Below are positions 18,864 through 27,442 of a stretch of DNA of 64,000 nt, one piece after another. Below the pieces are notes generated by a model. It made no database searches. It was not told the DNA's origin and was given only the letters and a program-made list of their open reading frames with translations. Position 1 is the stretch's first letter, and each line of letters begins with the position of its first letter. This DNA is from an uncultured Methanosarcinales archaeon (GTDB lineage Archaea; Nanobdellota; Nanobdellia; Woesearchaeales; CAIVOO01), in NCBI GenBank assembly GCA_964485195.1, contig CAZAIK010000007.1, positions 1 through 64,000 on the forward strand. The letters are read 5' to 3'. The translations under genes and the position numbers were made by a program.

Positions 18864-20325
18864 GGACATGGACATTGCCACGGGGGGAATCCTGGTGGCA
18901 ATCCTGAACAGGGAAGACGCCCGAAAACTGGACTTGTTCTTTGAGGACAGGATAAGAATCAAGAAAGGCAGGAAGGAGGCCATAGCAGTCCTGGACATAG
19001 CAGAGTCTGAAAAGGCAGTTGCCCCGGGCCAGATTGGCTTGTTTGAGGAAAGCCTGGAAAAACTGGGAGCAAAGGACAGGGACAGGGTAAAAATTTTCCT
19101 GGAAAAAAAGCCAGAGTCTGTTAATTTTATCAGGAAAAAACTTGAGGGAAAAGAGCTGAATTTCAGAGAGATTCACACCATTGTCAAGGACATGGTTGAT
19201 AACAAACTGACTTCAATAGAAACCACATATTTCATCTCTGCAGGCTATACTTACGGGCTTTCAGAGAAGGAAACCGTCAGCCTCACAAGGGCAATGATAA
19301 ACACAGGCAACACATTAAAGCTGGACAAGCATCCCGTGCTGGACAAGCACAGCATAGGCGGGGTGCCGGGCAACAGGACGACAATGATAGTCGTGCCCAT
19401 ACTTGCGGCAGCAGGCATCATAATTCCAAAGACTTCTTCACGCGCCATAACAAGCCCTGCGGGAACAGCAGATACAATGGAAGTGCTGGCAAATGTAACA
19501 ATTCCTCTTGAAAAGGTCAGGAGGATCGTGCAGAAAACAAACGGATGCGTGGTCTGGGGAGGCGCCGTGAATTTAGCTCCTGCTGACGAGAAAATAATAA
19601 AGATTGAAAATCCCCTAAGCATAGACGCGGAAGGCAATCTCTTGTCCTCGATTCTCGCCAAGAAAGGCTCTGTTTCCAGCACCCACGTGCTAATAGACAT
19701 CCCTGTTGGCAAAGGCACAAAAATATCAAAAAAAGAGGAAGCGCGCCACCTGGAAAGGCAGTTCAAAAAAATAGGCAAGGGGCTTGGAATGAAGGTGGAG
19801 ACTATAATCACCGACGGAAGCCAGCCAATAGGCAACGGCATCGGCCCTGTGCTGGAGGCAAGGGACGTGCTCAAGGTCTTGATGAACTCTCCCGGCGCCC
19901 CGCAGGACCTGAAGAAAAAGGCAATAATGATGGCAGAAAAAATGCTTTCAATGGCCGGCAAGCCGAAAAAACTTGCCAGGCAGCTTCTTGAGTCAGGAAA
20001 GGCATATGAGAAAATGGTTGAGATAATAAGGGCGCAGGGAGAGAGGAACATAATTCCCGGAGTTTTAAAGCCGGGGAAGTTCAAGCACGAGGTGAGGGCA
20101 AAAAAGTCCGGGCACGTTTCCCACATTGACAATCTCTCAATCTCAAAAATAGCCAGGATAGCCGGAGCCCCGAAAGACAAGGGAGCGGGAATGTACATTT
20201 ACAGGCATAAAATGGAGAAAGTAAAAAAGGGAGACAAGCTATTCACGATATATTCAGAGAGCAGGCAAAAACTAAGGTTTGCCGTTGAAATGCTCAAGGA
20301 CATTGACGGCTACAGGATAAAATGA
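18847..20325 (+). CDS. deoA: AMP phosphorylase (thymidine phosphorylase family)
   Basis: DKHSIGGVPGNRTT, KTSSRAITSPAGTADTMEVL, archaeal N-terminal extension. Confidence 0.93.
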   Translation: MELRVKDMDIATGGILVAILNREDARKLDLFFEDRIRIKKGRKEAIAVLDIAESEKAVAPGQIGLFEESLEKLGAKDRDRVKIFLEKKPESVNFIRKKLEGKELNFREIHTIVKDMVDNKLTSIETTYFISAGYTYGLSEKETVSLTRAMINTGNTLKLDKHPVLDKHSIGGVPGNRTTMIVVPILAAAGIIIPKTSSRAITSPAGTADTMEVLANVTIPLEKVRRIVQKTNGCVVWGGAVNLAPADEKIIKIENPLSIDAEGNLLSSILAKKGSVSSTHVLIDIPVGKGTKISKKEEARHLERQFKKIGKGLGMKVETIITDGSQPIGNGIGPVLEARDVLKVLMNSPGAPQDLKKKAIMMAEKMLSMAGKPKKLARQLLESGKAYEKMVEIIRAQGERNIIPGVLKPGKFKHEVRAKKSGHVSHIDNLSISKIARIAGAPKDKGAGMYIYRHKMEKVKKGDKLFTIYSESRQKLRFAVEMLKDIDGYRIK

Positions 20326-20765
20326 AATTCAAGATAACCCCCATAGACAAGAGGTATCTGGCAGCCCTTCTTGTATTGACGGGTGTTGTGCTTTTCTGGA
20401 GGGGCGTTTGGGATACATTATACCTTTTTCCAATAATTGACAATCCTTTTGTTTCGCTGTTCCTCGGACTGCTGATACTTACTGTTACAGGAGTGATTTT
20501 CCAGGAGTTCGACCCGCTGAGCAGGAAGATTGCCAAGACAATGGAACTGCTTAATGAGATAGTGAGCAGGAAGAAGAAAAAAGAGAATTATGTTATATAC
20601 TATTACGACGAGAAGAAGAACGAGACAGAGTCAGTGCCCCGCAGGAAAATAAAAAAGATAGAGCACAACTTCCTCGTGACTGAAGAAAAAGGAAGGGAGT
20701 TCTTCATACCTGTTCACAGGATTCAGGAAATTGAGGAAAACGGCAAGACAATCTGGAAGAAGTAA
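20322..20765 (+). CDS. membrane protein with C-terminal DUF504-like domain
   Basis: VLFWRGVW TM pair; C-terminal FIPVHRIQEIEENGKTIWKK. Confidence 0.65.
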   Translation: MKFKITPIDKRYLAALLVLTGVVLFWRGVWDTLYLFPIIDNPFVSLFLGLLILTVTGVIFQEFDPLSRKIAKTMELLNEIVSRKKKKENYVIYYYDEKKNETESVPRRKIKKIEHNFLVTEEKGREFFIPVHRIQEIEENGKTIWKK

Positions 20766-20796
20766 GTTTTATATATTTTCCTGACATTCCCTTTTC

Positions 20797-20910
20797 ATGC
20801 CAAAAATAAAGGTTACTCGCAGGGATTTTGAGATTTCTGATGATATTGAAAGGGTAGTGTTTGTAGGATTTTCTAAAAAATTGTATGGGAGTTTCAGGGA
20901 GCCTTTATGA
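20797..20910 (+). CDS. possible small protein (37 aa)
   Basis: ATG ~25 nt after TTTATATA; MPKIKVTRRDFEISDDIERVVFVGFSKKLYGSFREPL; below the ORF-track cutoff. Confidence 0.3.
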   Translation: MPKIKVTRRDFEISDDIERVVFVGFSKKLYGSFREPL

Positions 20911-20959
20911 GTTAAGTATTTAAACAAATGATCTATTCTTAGTTTCCGGAGGTGTTTTT

Positions 20960-21355
20960 ATGCAGGAAAAACAAATCAGTGGCAAGACGGTGCTTATTCC
21001 CATCATAATAATTGTTGTCTTAATTGCCGCCTTAATGTGGATTATTCCGATGTATAAGGTATGGCAGAAAGAGCTTGCCGGAAAGGCTGAGCTGAAGCAG
21101 GCAGAGTGGAACAGGCAGATTTTGATTCAGGAGGCAAATGCGAAGAAGGAATCTGCCAAATTGCTGGCAGAAGCTGAGATTGAGAGGGCAAAGGGTGTTG
21201 CAGAGGCAAACAGGATAATCGGGGACAGCCTGGAGGAGAACGAGGCTTATCTGAGATATCTCTGGATTCAGGGACTGCACGATGGTTCAAGCGAAGTAAT
21301 CTATGTCCCCACAGAAGCCAACCTGCCAATTCTTGAGGCGGCAAGGCTGACTTAA
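20960..21355 (+). CDS. single-TM coiled-coil protein, SPFH/band-7 C-terminal-like
   Basis: GGAGGTG SD; AEAEIERAKGVAEANRII...YLRYLWIQGL...VIYVPTE. Confidence 0.75.
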   Translation: MQEKQISGKTVLIPIIIIVVLIAALMWIIPMYKVWQKELAGKAELKQAEWNRQILIQEANAKKESAKLLAEAEIERAKGVAEANRIIGDSLEENEAYLRYLWIQGLHDGSSEVIYVPTEANLPILEAARLT

Positions 21356-21382
21356 ATTTTTTTATTTTTAACCTGTTCCTGT

Positions 21383-21643
21383 TTATCTGAAGCTGAAAAG
21401 GAAGAGTGTTATTACGGAAACACTTAAGATAACCCCTGCAACTCCTACGGCGATGCCTGCCTTGCTTATTGCTCCTTTTTTACGCCTGTGCTGCACTGCA
21501 GATAATGCCAGCCCCATTATTGAGAAGATAATTGCAAGCAGCCCTCCTCCGAAAACAGTTATCTTGAAATTCAGGTAGAAGAGGGCAGCCAGCAATATGC
21601 TTAAGCCTCCGAATACAATTCCCAAAACTCCTGGTTTTTTCAT
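21383..21643 (-). CDS. small membrane protein
   Basis: Three hydrophobic segments; ATG overlaps the upstream TGA (ATGA). Confidence 0.65.
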   Translation of the reverse strand: MKKPGVLGIVFGGLSILLAALFYLNFKITVFGGGLLAIIFSIMGLALSAVQHRRKKGAISKAGIAVGVAGVILSVSVITLFLFSFR

Positions 21644-22038
21644 TCTTGTAGCAGGCCGGTGCATCTCCAGTTAATCTCGGCCGTCTGGTTCTCTTCATAT
21701 ACAACGCAGGCAGGATTGCAGCCTTCCCTTTCAGTTTCCAGGTCAATCCACCAGGTCTTTGTGAAGGTGTTGTACGAGATTTCAGCTTTGTTAAGGGTTC
21801 CTTGCTCAGCGCATTAACTCTCCCTTGCAACAGCCAGCGCTTCTTCCGGGGTAATGGCCGGTTCTGCTACATCCTCAACAAATGTTCTTCCGTCTGCCTG
21901 GCATTGCCTTGGATAGCTTTCCATAACAGGATTGCCTGCAGCAACGCACTCTTCAAAATTTGTTATCTTTGTCTTTTCAGCGCATCCAAAAAGGAAAAAA
22001 GATGCAAACAGAATTCCGGTAAAAAGCTGTTTTTTCAT
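21640..22038 (-). pseudogene. lipoprotein-like gene interrupted by an in-frame TAA (21814-21816)
   Basis: LFGC lipobox and FEECVAAGNPVMESYPRQC; after the stop the frame continues CAEQG...WWIDL...GCNPACVV...EINWRCTGL to TGA at 21640. Confidence 0.7.
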
Positions 22039-22061
22039 CCTTTACACCATTTTTTTAAAAA

Positions 22062-22288
22062 CGCCGCGGCCCGGACTTTCAGCGAGCATTCCCTTCAGGG
22101 AATGCAGCAGCGTTTGAACCGGGAATTCCTTTCGGAACTGGTTAGCTTGCTACGGTTCAAGACCAGCGCAATTTTCTGCACGAATGCTCGGGGCGGGACA
22201 CGCGTGAACGGAGTTCCCTCGTTAGTGGGGAGGCGTTCACGTTGCGAGCGCTAGCGAGCAAACGTGAACCAGATTATGCGACCGCGGC
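22062..22288 (-). tRNA. tRNA-Ser(TGA) with three introns (22173-22267, 22144-22155, 22076-22112)
   Basis: Spliced: GCCGCGGTCGCATAATCTGGT|ATTGCGCTGGTCTTGAA|AACCAGTTCCGAAAGGAATTCCCGGTTCAAA|TCCGGGCCGCGGCG; long variable arm, G discriminator, BHB at each junction. Confidence 0.92.
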
Positions 22289-22381
22289 ATAGGAAGAAAT
22301 GAAAATCCGTTGTTTTAAAATGCTTTTGTTTTCGGAATGTTTATATAGGCGATAATGTTTAATGTTTTTGGAGGTGGTTTT

Positions 22382-22540
22382 ATGGACAAGAAAGAGATAA
22401 ATTCAATTATGATGCAGGCCAGGCAAAGGGCGGTTAGTGCAGACAGGATAAAGGATGCTAAAGACCTTAATGATCATATATCAGTGGCGTTTAAGCTGAT
22501 AATAGGGTTATGTGATGCTTTGCTCAAAGAGGAAAAATAG
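22382..22540 (+). CDS. small hypothetical protein
   Basis: GGAGGTGG SD and TTTATATA upstream. Confidence 0.55.
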   Translation: MDKKEINSIMMQARQRAVSADRIKDAKDLNDHISVAFKLIIGLCDALLKEEK

Positions 22541-22724
22541 ATTACAATATTGTAAATAATAATCATCCATTGCAGGGCTTCTGAGCCTATATTATTATAT
22601 ATAGAGACTATACAAAAATCGAAACCTTTATATACTAGTGTTTACATCATATTTTTAAGATTATCGAGTTAGGGGGTATTTTTGAGTATAATCCAGAGAA
22701 AATAGTTTCACTTAGGTAAATTAA

Positions 22725-23657
22725 ATGATGCAGCAACACTATGTCAAGAAATGCCCGGAATGCGGCGGAATAAACCTCTTTTACAACACAGAAAAGGGAG
22801 AAATAATCTGCAGGGACTGCGGACTGGTTGTGGAAGAGAAAATGGTGGACACAACCCAGGAATGGAGGGAATTTGACAGCGAAGGCTCTGAAAAAAGGAG
22901 GAGAGCAGGAGCGCCATCAACTTACACTCAATACGACCAGGGACTGGGAACAGAAGTAGGGCAGAAAGCAGACCTCTTCAAGTTAGGGACAAAAGGAAAG
23001 AACAAGTTCTTCAGGCTAAGGAAATGGCAGTACAGGATTTCAACAGCAATTGAGAGAAACCTAAAGCTGGCGCTTGCAGAACTGAAAAGGGTTTCCTCAT
23101 ACCTGAAACTGCCCAAGCAGGTGGAAGAGGAAGCTGCAAGAATATACACCCTTGCAGTCCAGAGAGGGCTTGTCAGGGGAAGGTCAATGGAATCAGTGGT
23201 TGCCGGCTCATTATACGCAGCCTGCAGAAGGCACGACGTTCCAAGAACACTTGATGAATTAAGCGAAGCTTCAGGAATTGAAAAGAAAGAAATCGGAAGG
23301 ACTTACAGGTTTGTCACAAGAGAGCTTGGAATAAAGATTTTGCCAAGCAACCCTGCAGACTACATAGCAAGGTTTGCATCTTCACTAAGGCTCAAGCCCG
23401 AAACTCAGTCAAAAGCGATAGAGATACTGGAAAGGGCCCAGAAGTCAGAGCTGACCTCGGGAAGAGGGCCTACAGGAATAGCAGCAGCCGCACTTTACGT
23501 GTCCGCACTCATACACGGGGAGAAAAGAACCCAAAGGGAAGTCGCAGACGTGGCAGGAGTGACAGAAGTAACAATCCGGAACAGGTACAAGGAACTGCTT
23601 GACGAGCTTGACCTTGAGAAGGAGATAAAGAAGCAGAAGAAGAACAAGAAAGAATAA
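22725..23657 (+). CDS. tfb: transcription initiation factor IIB
   Basis: CPECG...CRDCG zinc ribbon, EWREF B-reader, cyclin repeats, VTEVTIRNRYKEL. Confidence 0.98.
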   Translation: MMQQHYVKKCPECGGINLFYNTEKGEIICRDCGLVVEEKMVDTTQEWREFDSEGSEKRRRAGAPSTYTQYDQGLGTEVGQKADLFKLGTKGKNKFFRLRKWQYRISTAIERNLKLALAELKRVSSYLKLPKQVEEEAARIYTLAVQRGLVRGRSMESVVAGSLYAACRRHDVPRTLDELSEASGIEKKEIGRTYRFVTRELGIKILPSNPADYIARFASSLRLKPETQSKAIEILERAQKSELTSGRGPTGIAAAALYVSALIHGEKRTQREVADVAGVTEVTIRNRYKELLDELDLEKEIKKQKKNKKE

Positions 23658-23702
23658 AATTCTTTATTTTTATGATTCTAAAAAAAGCGGCGAAGGAGGA
23701 CT

Positions 23703-24098
23703 ATGGCTGCAATAAGATGGACATTGAAGGAAAGCGCAAGGGAAGCGCTTAAGGACCCCGCTCTTGAAGGCTGCAACGAATACTTTGCAAAAGCATATAA
23801 AAATACAAGGGAGCACGGACTTGATGTTTCTGTTGAAAGTGAGGCAGGGATGCCCTTCCCCATGCAGGTGACAATAAGCGGTCCCAGCGAAACACTTGAG
23901 AGAATTGCAGTCCCTGCAATGGAATCATATTTCTCTTCAAACCATTACCGAATGTCAAGACTTTTCCCCGACATAGCACTTAATATGGCAGGAGAGATTC
24001 CATCACATTCAGGGAAAACAAAAAACACAAAAGAAAAATCATATGATTCAGGTTTCAGGAAAAGAATGAAGGGCTCAATTGCCGGAAAAGCACTTTAA
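23703..24098 (+). CDS. hypothetical protein
   Basis: ORF with GGAGG SD. Confidence 0.6.
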   Translation: MAAIRWTLKESAREALKDPALEGCNEYFAKAYKNTREHGLDVSVESEAGMPFPMQVTISGPSETLERIAVPAMESYFSSNHYRMSRLFPDIALNMAGEIPSHSGKTKNTKEKSYDSGFRKRMKGSIAGKAL

Positions 24099-24394
24099 AA
24101 CCTGAACAACACATTTTCAAAATCAATGATTTTGCCATCCTTGATGTTAATCCCCTCTTTTTTCAACAACCTTGTTTTTTCCTTTTGCCCTTTTGCAAAT
24201 CCCCCCATCCTGCCGTCAGAATTCACAACACGGTGGCAGGGGACTTGAGGAGAATGAGGATTCCTGTTCAAAGCATTCCCCGCTGCCCTGCAAGCTTTGG
24301 TATTGAGCTTTTTTGCAATCTCCTTGTATGTAGAAACCCTTCCTTTGGGGATTTTCTTGCACGCATCCCACACCTTTTTGTCAAAACCTCTCAT
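24095..24394 (-). CDS. ogt: O6-methylguanine-DNA methyltransferase (C-terminal domain only)
   Basis: IPKGRVSTY, RAAGNAL, PCHRV active-site motif. Confidence 0.9.
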   Translation of the reverse strand: MRGFDKKVWDACKKIPKGRVSTYKEIAKKLNTKACRAAGNALNRNPHSPQVPCHRVVNSDGRMGGFAKGQKEKTRLLKKEGINIKDGKIIDFENVLFRF

Positions 24395-24630
24395 TTCCTT
24401 ATCACCAGCCTGAATCTCGGTACTTTCCTTCCCTCAACAAGAACATCCTCAAGAAACACCTCCTTTGGCCTGAAAAAGAAATCCCCTCTTTTGTATTTTC
24501 CTTCGGGATGGTCCTCAAAAGCCCTGTAAAACACTCCTTTCTCGCCTGTTTCAGTGTGAATTCCCCCTCCCAAAACCTCATATCTCTGGCCTTTGTAGTG
24601 CAAGTAAATCCCGGGTTCAATATCCTTCAT
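24391..24630 (-). CDS. DUF1653 family protein
   Basis: GIYLHYKGQRYEV...HTETGE..V.YRA...RPKEVF...PRF pattern. Confidence 0.8.
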   Translation of the reverse strand: MKDIEPGIYLHYKGQRYEVLGGGIHTETGEKGVFYRAFEDHPEGKYKRGDFFFRPKEVFLEDVLVEGRKVPRFRLVIRK

Positions 24631-25787
24631 TTTATCAGCTCAACTATTTTCCTGAAGCTTTTTTCATCAAATTTTCCTTTGTACTCCTTCGCTGCCCTTT
24701 TCATCTCTTCCTTGTCAATAAGAATACCTTTCTTTTCCAGGATATGCGCCATCCTGCCGTGGCTCAAGTACTGGCAGAACTGGGTTACATTCTTGGGGTC
24801 CTCTGTCTTTTTGCATCTTTCAAAGTCGACAAGAACAGGCTTGCCCTGCCTTGTCACGATTATGTGCTTGTAGGGATTGTGCATTTCCTCCTTGTTCAGC
24901 ATTAACTTGTCAAGCTGCCTGCACTGCAGCATAACATTCCTAAAAATTTCCCTGATTCTCTTTTTTGCCCTTTCCCTTTCAACAAATTCCTCTATGAATT
25001 TGCCTTCAATGAAATCATAAACAAAGAAATCCCTGCCAGCATACACCAGCTTTGGGCCAATTTCGTAATCCTGAAGCTTTTTCAGGCATTTAATCTCGTT
25101 ATGAATGCTCTTCACCTCAACATCTGCTCTCTGGGCTTTAGCTGCGACCTTTTTCCCCCTGAACCTTCCTGCGTAGATTATTCCCCTGTGCCCTTTGGTA
25201 TGCTTCCTGATGTTTCTCACTCCCAGCTTGTCCAGTTTCTTTAATATGCCAGTTTTTCTCACAAGATAAACATACAGTTTTTCCATCAGGCCAACTCCCT
25301 TTTCCTGAAGCTTTTCATATTCAAAAGCATTATTCTCAATAATCTCATTGACTTTGTCCTTTCCTGTCCTTGAGCTGAAGAGCAGGAGAATTATGCCGTT
25401 TTCGTTCAGGTGTTTGTGCGCTTCCTCAAAAAACCTCTCTATAGTCTCATAGCCCTTCTTGCCCCCGATTACAGAGATATCTCTCTTATAGTTATCTGCA
25501 GGCAGGTAGGGAGGATTGAAGATGATTGTGTCAAATTTTCCCTTCACATTTGAGAAGAGGTCAGAGACGGCAAAACTCACCTTCCTGTTCCTGATTTTTT
25601 CCAGGCAGTGCTGAATAGATCCCTCATCAACATCCACTCCAAGAACAGACTTTACCTTTTTGCAGGTGGCCGCTGTCAATGCCTGGATTCCAGCTCCTGT
25701 GCCCATGTCCAGCACCCTGCCCTTGGCATAGGCCTTTACCTCAATCTGCAGAAGGAAGGAGTCCTCGCTCGGGATGTACACTGCCAT
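24627..25787 (-). CDS. HemK2-like methyltransferase fused to a RIO/Bud32-like kinase domain
   Basis: YIPSEDSFLL, LDMGTGAG, FNPPY; C-terminal KGHRGIIY, VAAK, LVDFERC. Confidence 0.85.
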   Translation of the reverse strand: MAVYIPSEDSFLLQIEVKAYAKGRVLDMGTGAGIQALTAATCKKVKSVLGVDVDEGSIQHCLEKIRNRKVSFAVSDLFSNVKGKFDTIIFNPPYLPADNYKRDISVIGGKKGYETIERFFEEAHKHLNENGIILLLFSSRTGKDKVNEIIENNAFEYEKLQEKGVGLMEKLYVYLVRKTGILKKLDKLGVRNIRKHTKGHRGIIYAGRFRGKKVAAKAQRADVEVKSIHNEIKCLKKLQDYEIGPKLVYAGRDFFVYDFIEGKFIEEFVERERAKKRIREIFRNVMLQCRQLDKLMLNKEEMHNPYKHIIVTRQGKPVLVDFERCKKTEDPKNVTQFCQYLSHGRMAHILEKKGILIDKEEMKRAAKEYKGKFDEKSFRKIVELIK

Positions 25788-25867
25788 TGTTATTTATTAT
25801 GCAAAGGGCTTTTTATATCTTTTCAATCTCATCAGAAAACTATTTATATCTTTCCAGCATTTGTTTT

Positions 25868-27385
25868 ATGATGAAATTCCAGGGATGCAGGATTATCAAG
25901 TCAAAACCTGTCAGGGATTCAGGTGCTTTCAGCACCTATCCAGTGATGCATCACGATATGCTTATGGGAGCAAAGATTGCCAAGGGGAAAAAGAGTGATT
26001 TTCTTCTTAAGCAGAATGCCTCAGCCCAGATATCCCTTGTCCATCAGGATATTGTCCCTGTTTTTGAGCTTGGCTGGTGTGAGGACAGGGGGAGTGTAAG
26101 GCCGTTTGCCTTGACTAAATATACAGATAAGCCCAATATGCAGGAACTGATCTCGCGTAAAAAGCTGTCCCTGGACCAAAAGCTCGAGATAATGCTCAAG
26201 CTCACAGATGCTTTAAAATATGCGCATTCAAAAGGGCAGCCTCACGGAAACATAAGGGAGACCAATGTTTTTGCTGACGTAGGATTCGCATCCCTTGATA
26301 ATTTTGGAATTTCTGTAGAGCCATTTTATGCCTCCCCTGAATATGAGGAAAATCATATGCCCTCTGAAAAGTCAGATGTTTTTTCCCTGACACAGTGCTT
26401 CTGGAACCTTCTTAATGAAAAAATGTCCAAATACACCAATATTTACAGGGCTGAATCCTGGCCCGGCAGTCTCCCTGAATTATTTGAAAGCGGGCTGGCA
26501 GTCCGGCCTGAGGACAGGCGTGACATTGGGGGATTGCAGCAGGCGCTTCAGACTGTCAGGGATGAGTACAGGGCGTTTCTTACAGACCTGCCTGTCGGCG
26601 AGGACAACTGCCTGGATGTGGCGCTTGCATATAAAAGAGAAGGCAGAACAGACACGGCAATAACCCTTCTTGAAATAGCTGCAATGTTTTTCAGGAATGA
26701 CAAGGCCGTAGAGGAGCTTGCCAGATGCAACATTAACCTTGGCAGGCTGGAGAAAACTTTTGAGCTGATAAAAGACCAGGACCTTCCCAACATTCACCAG
26801 ATGTTGTTGGAAGCTGCGCTGATTAAGGAGGACAAAATGGCGAATACACTGATAAAAGGGTTTGGCTTTCAGGCTGTGATGAATGCTTATGCCCAAGCCA
26901 ATCATTCCAATTACCCCAGGATTAAAGGAAAAACAGGAAAAGACACAATTGTGGACAACGACTTCGCCATAGCTGCCGCAATTTACGAGCCGGGAAGAGC
27001 GGCAGGCATTTTCCAGGCATTGTTAGGCAATTCAGATGACAACGTGGTATATAATAACCTTGGCGCCGCAGCAGCCATACAGGCCAGTAGCCGCGCTCTC
27101 GATTACCTGAACAGGAGCAGCCTGGAATCAGCAAGGCTTAACAAGGCCTTGTTCTGCTTTTCACAGGGGGACTATAAACAAGCAATAGGCGAAGCTGAGA
27201 ATGTCAGGAACATTCCCAAGGCAGGCGCTATGATAAAAGCTGTAAACAAAGCCCTGGGAATTAGGCTTCCCATAAGTCCCCACCCCGAATATGCTATGGA
27301 AACATTGACAGACAGGATTTCTGAAAGATTTGTCAAGGAAGGAATCCTGCCTGCTGACTATGAATTCGCAAGGATGCATAGTTAA
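25868..27385 (+). CDS. degenerate Ser/Thr kinase-like domain plus TPR-like repeats
   Basis: HQDIVPVF, HGNIRETN, YASPE, KSDVFSL; C-terminal helical repeats (YNNLGAA); start set at ATG 25868. Confidence 0.7.
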   Translation: MMKFQGCRIIKSKPVRDSGAFSTYPVMHHDMLMGAKIAKGKKSDFLLKQNASAQISLVHQDIVPVFELGWCEDRGSVRPFALTKYTDKPNMQELISRKKLSLDQKLEIMLKLTDALKYAHSKGQPHGNIRETNVFADVGFASLDNFGISVEPFYASPEYEENHMPSEKSDVFSLTQCFWNLLNEKMSKYTNIYRAESWPGSLPELFESGLAVRPEDRRDIGGLQQALQTVRDEYRAFLTDLPVGEDNCLDVALAYKREGRTDTAITLLEIAAMFFRNDKAVEELARCNINLGRLEKTFELIKDQDLPNIHQMLLEAALIKEDKMANTLIKGFGFQAVMNAYAQANHSNYPRIKGKTGKDTIVDNDFAIAAAIYEPGRAAGIFQALLGNSDDNVVYNNLGAAAAIQASSRALDYLNRSSLESARLNKALFCFSQGDYKQAIGEAENVRNIPKAGAMIKAVNKALGIRLPISPHPEYAMETLTDRISERFVKEGILPADYEFARMHS

Positions 27386-27442
27386 TGTTTGTTTGGATAT
27401 TCTACACAAACTATTTAAAATCCAAACTTAGAGGCATTTGCA

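Noticed and set aside
21814..21816. Stop-codon reassignment
   Set aside because: TAA, TAG and TGA all terminate conserved genes normally in this window.
21802..22254. 150-aa plus-strand ORF
   Set aside because: Shadow of the lipoprotein gene and tRNA-Ser on the opposite strand.
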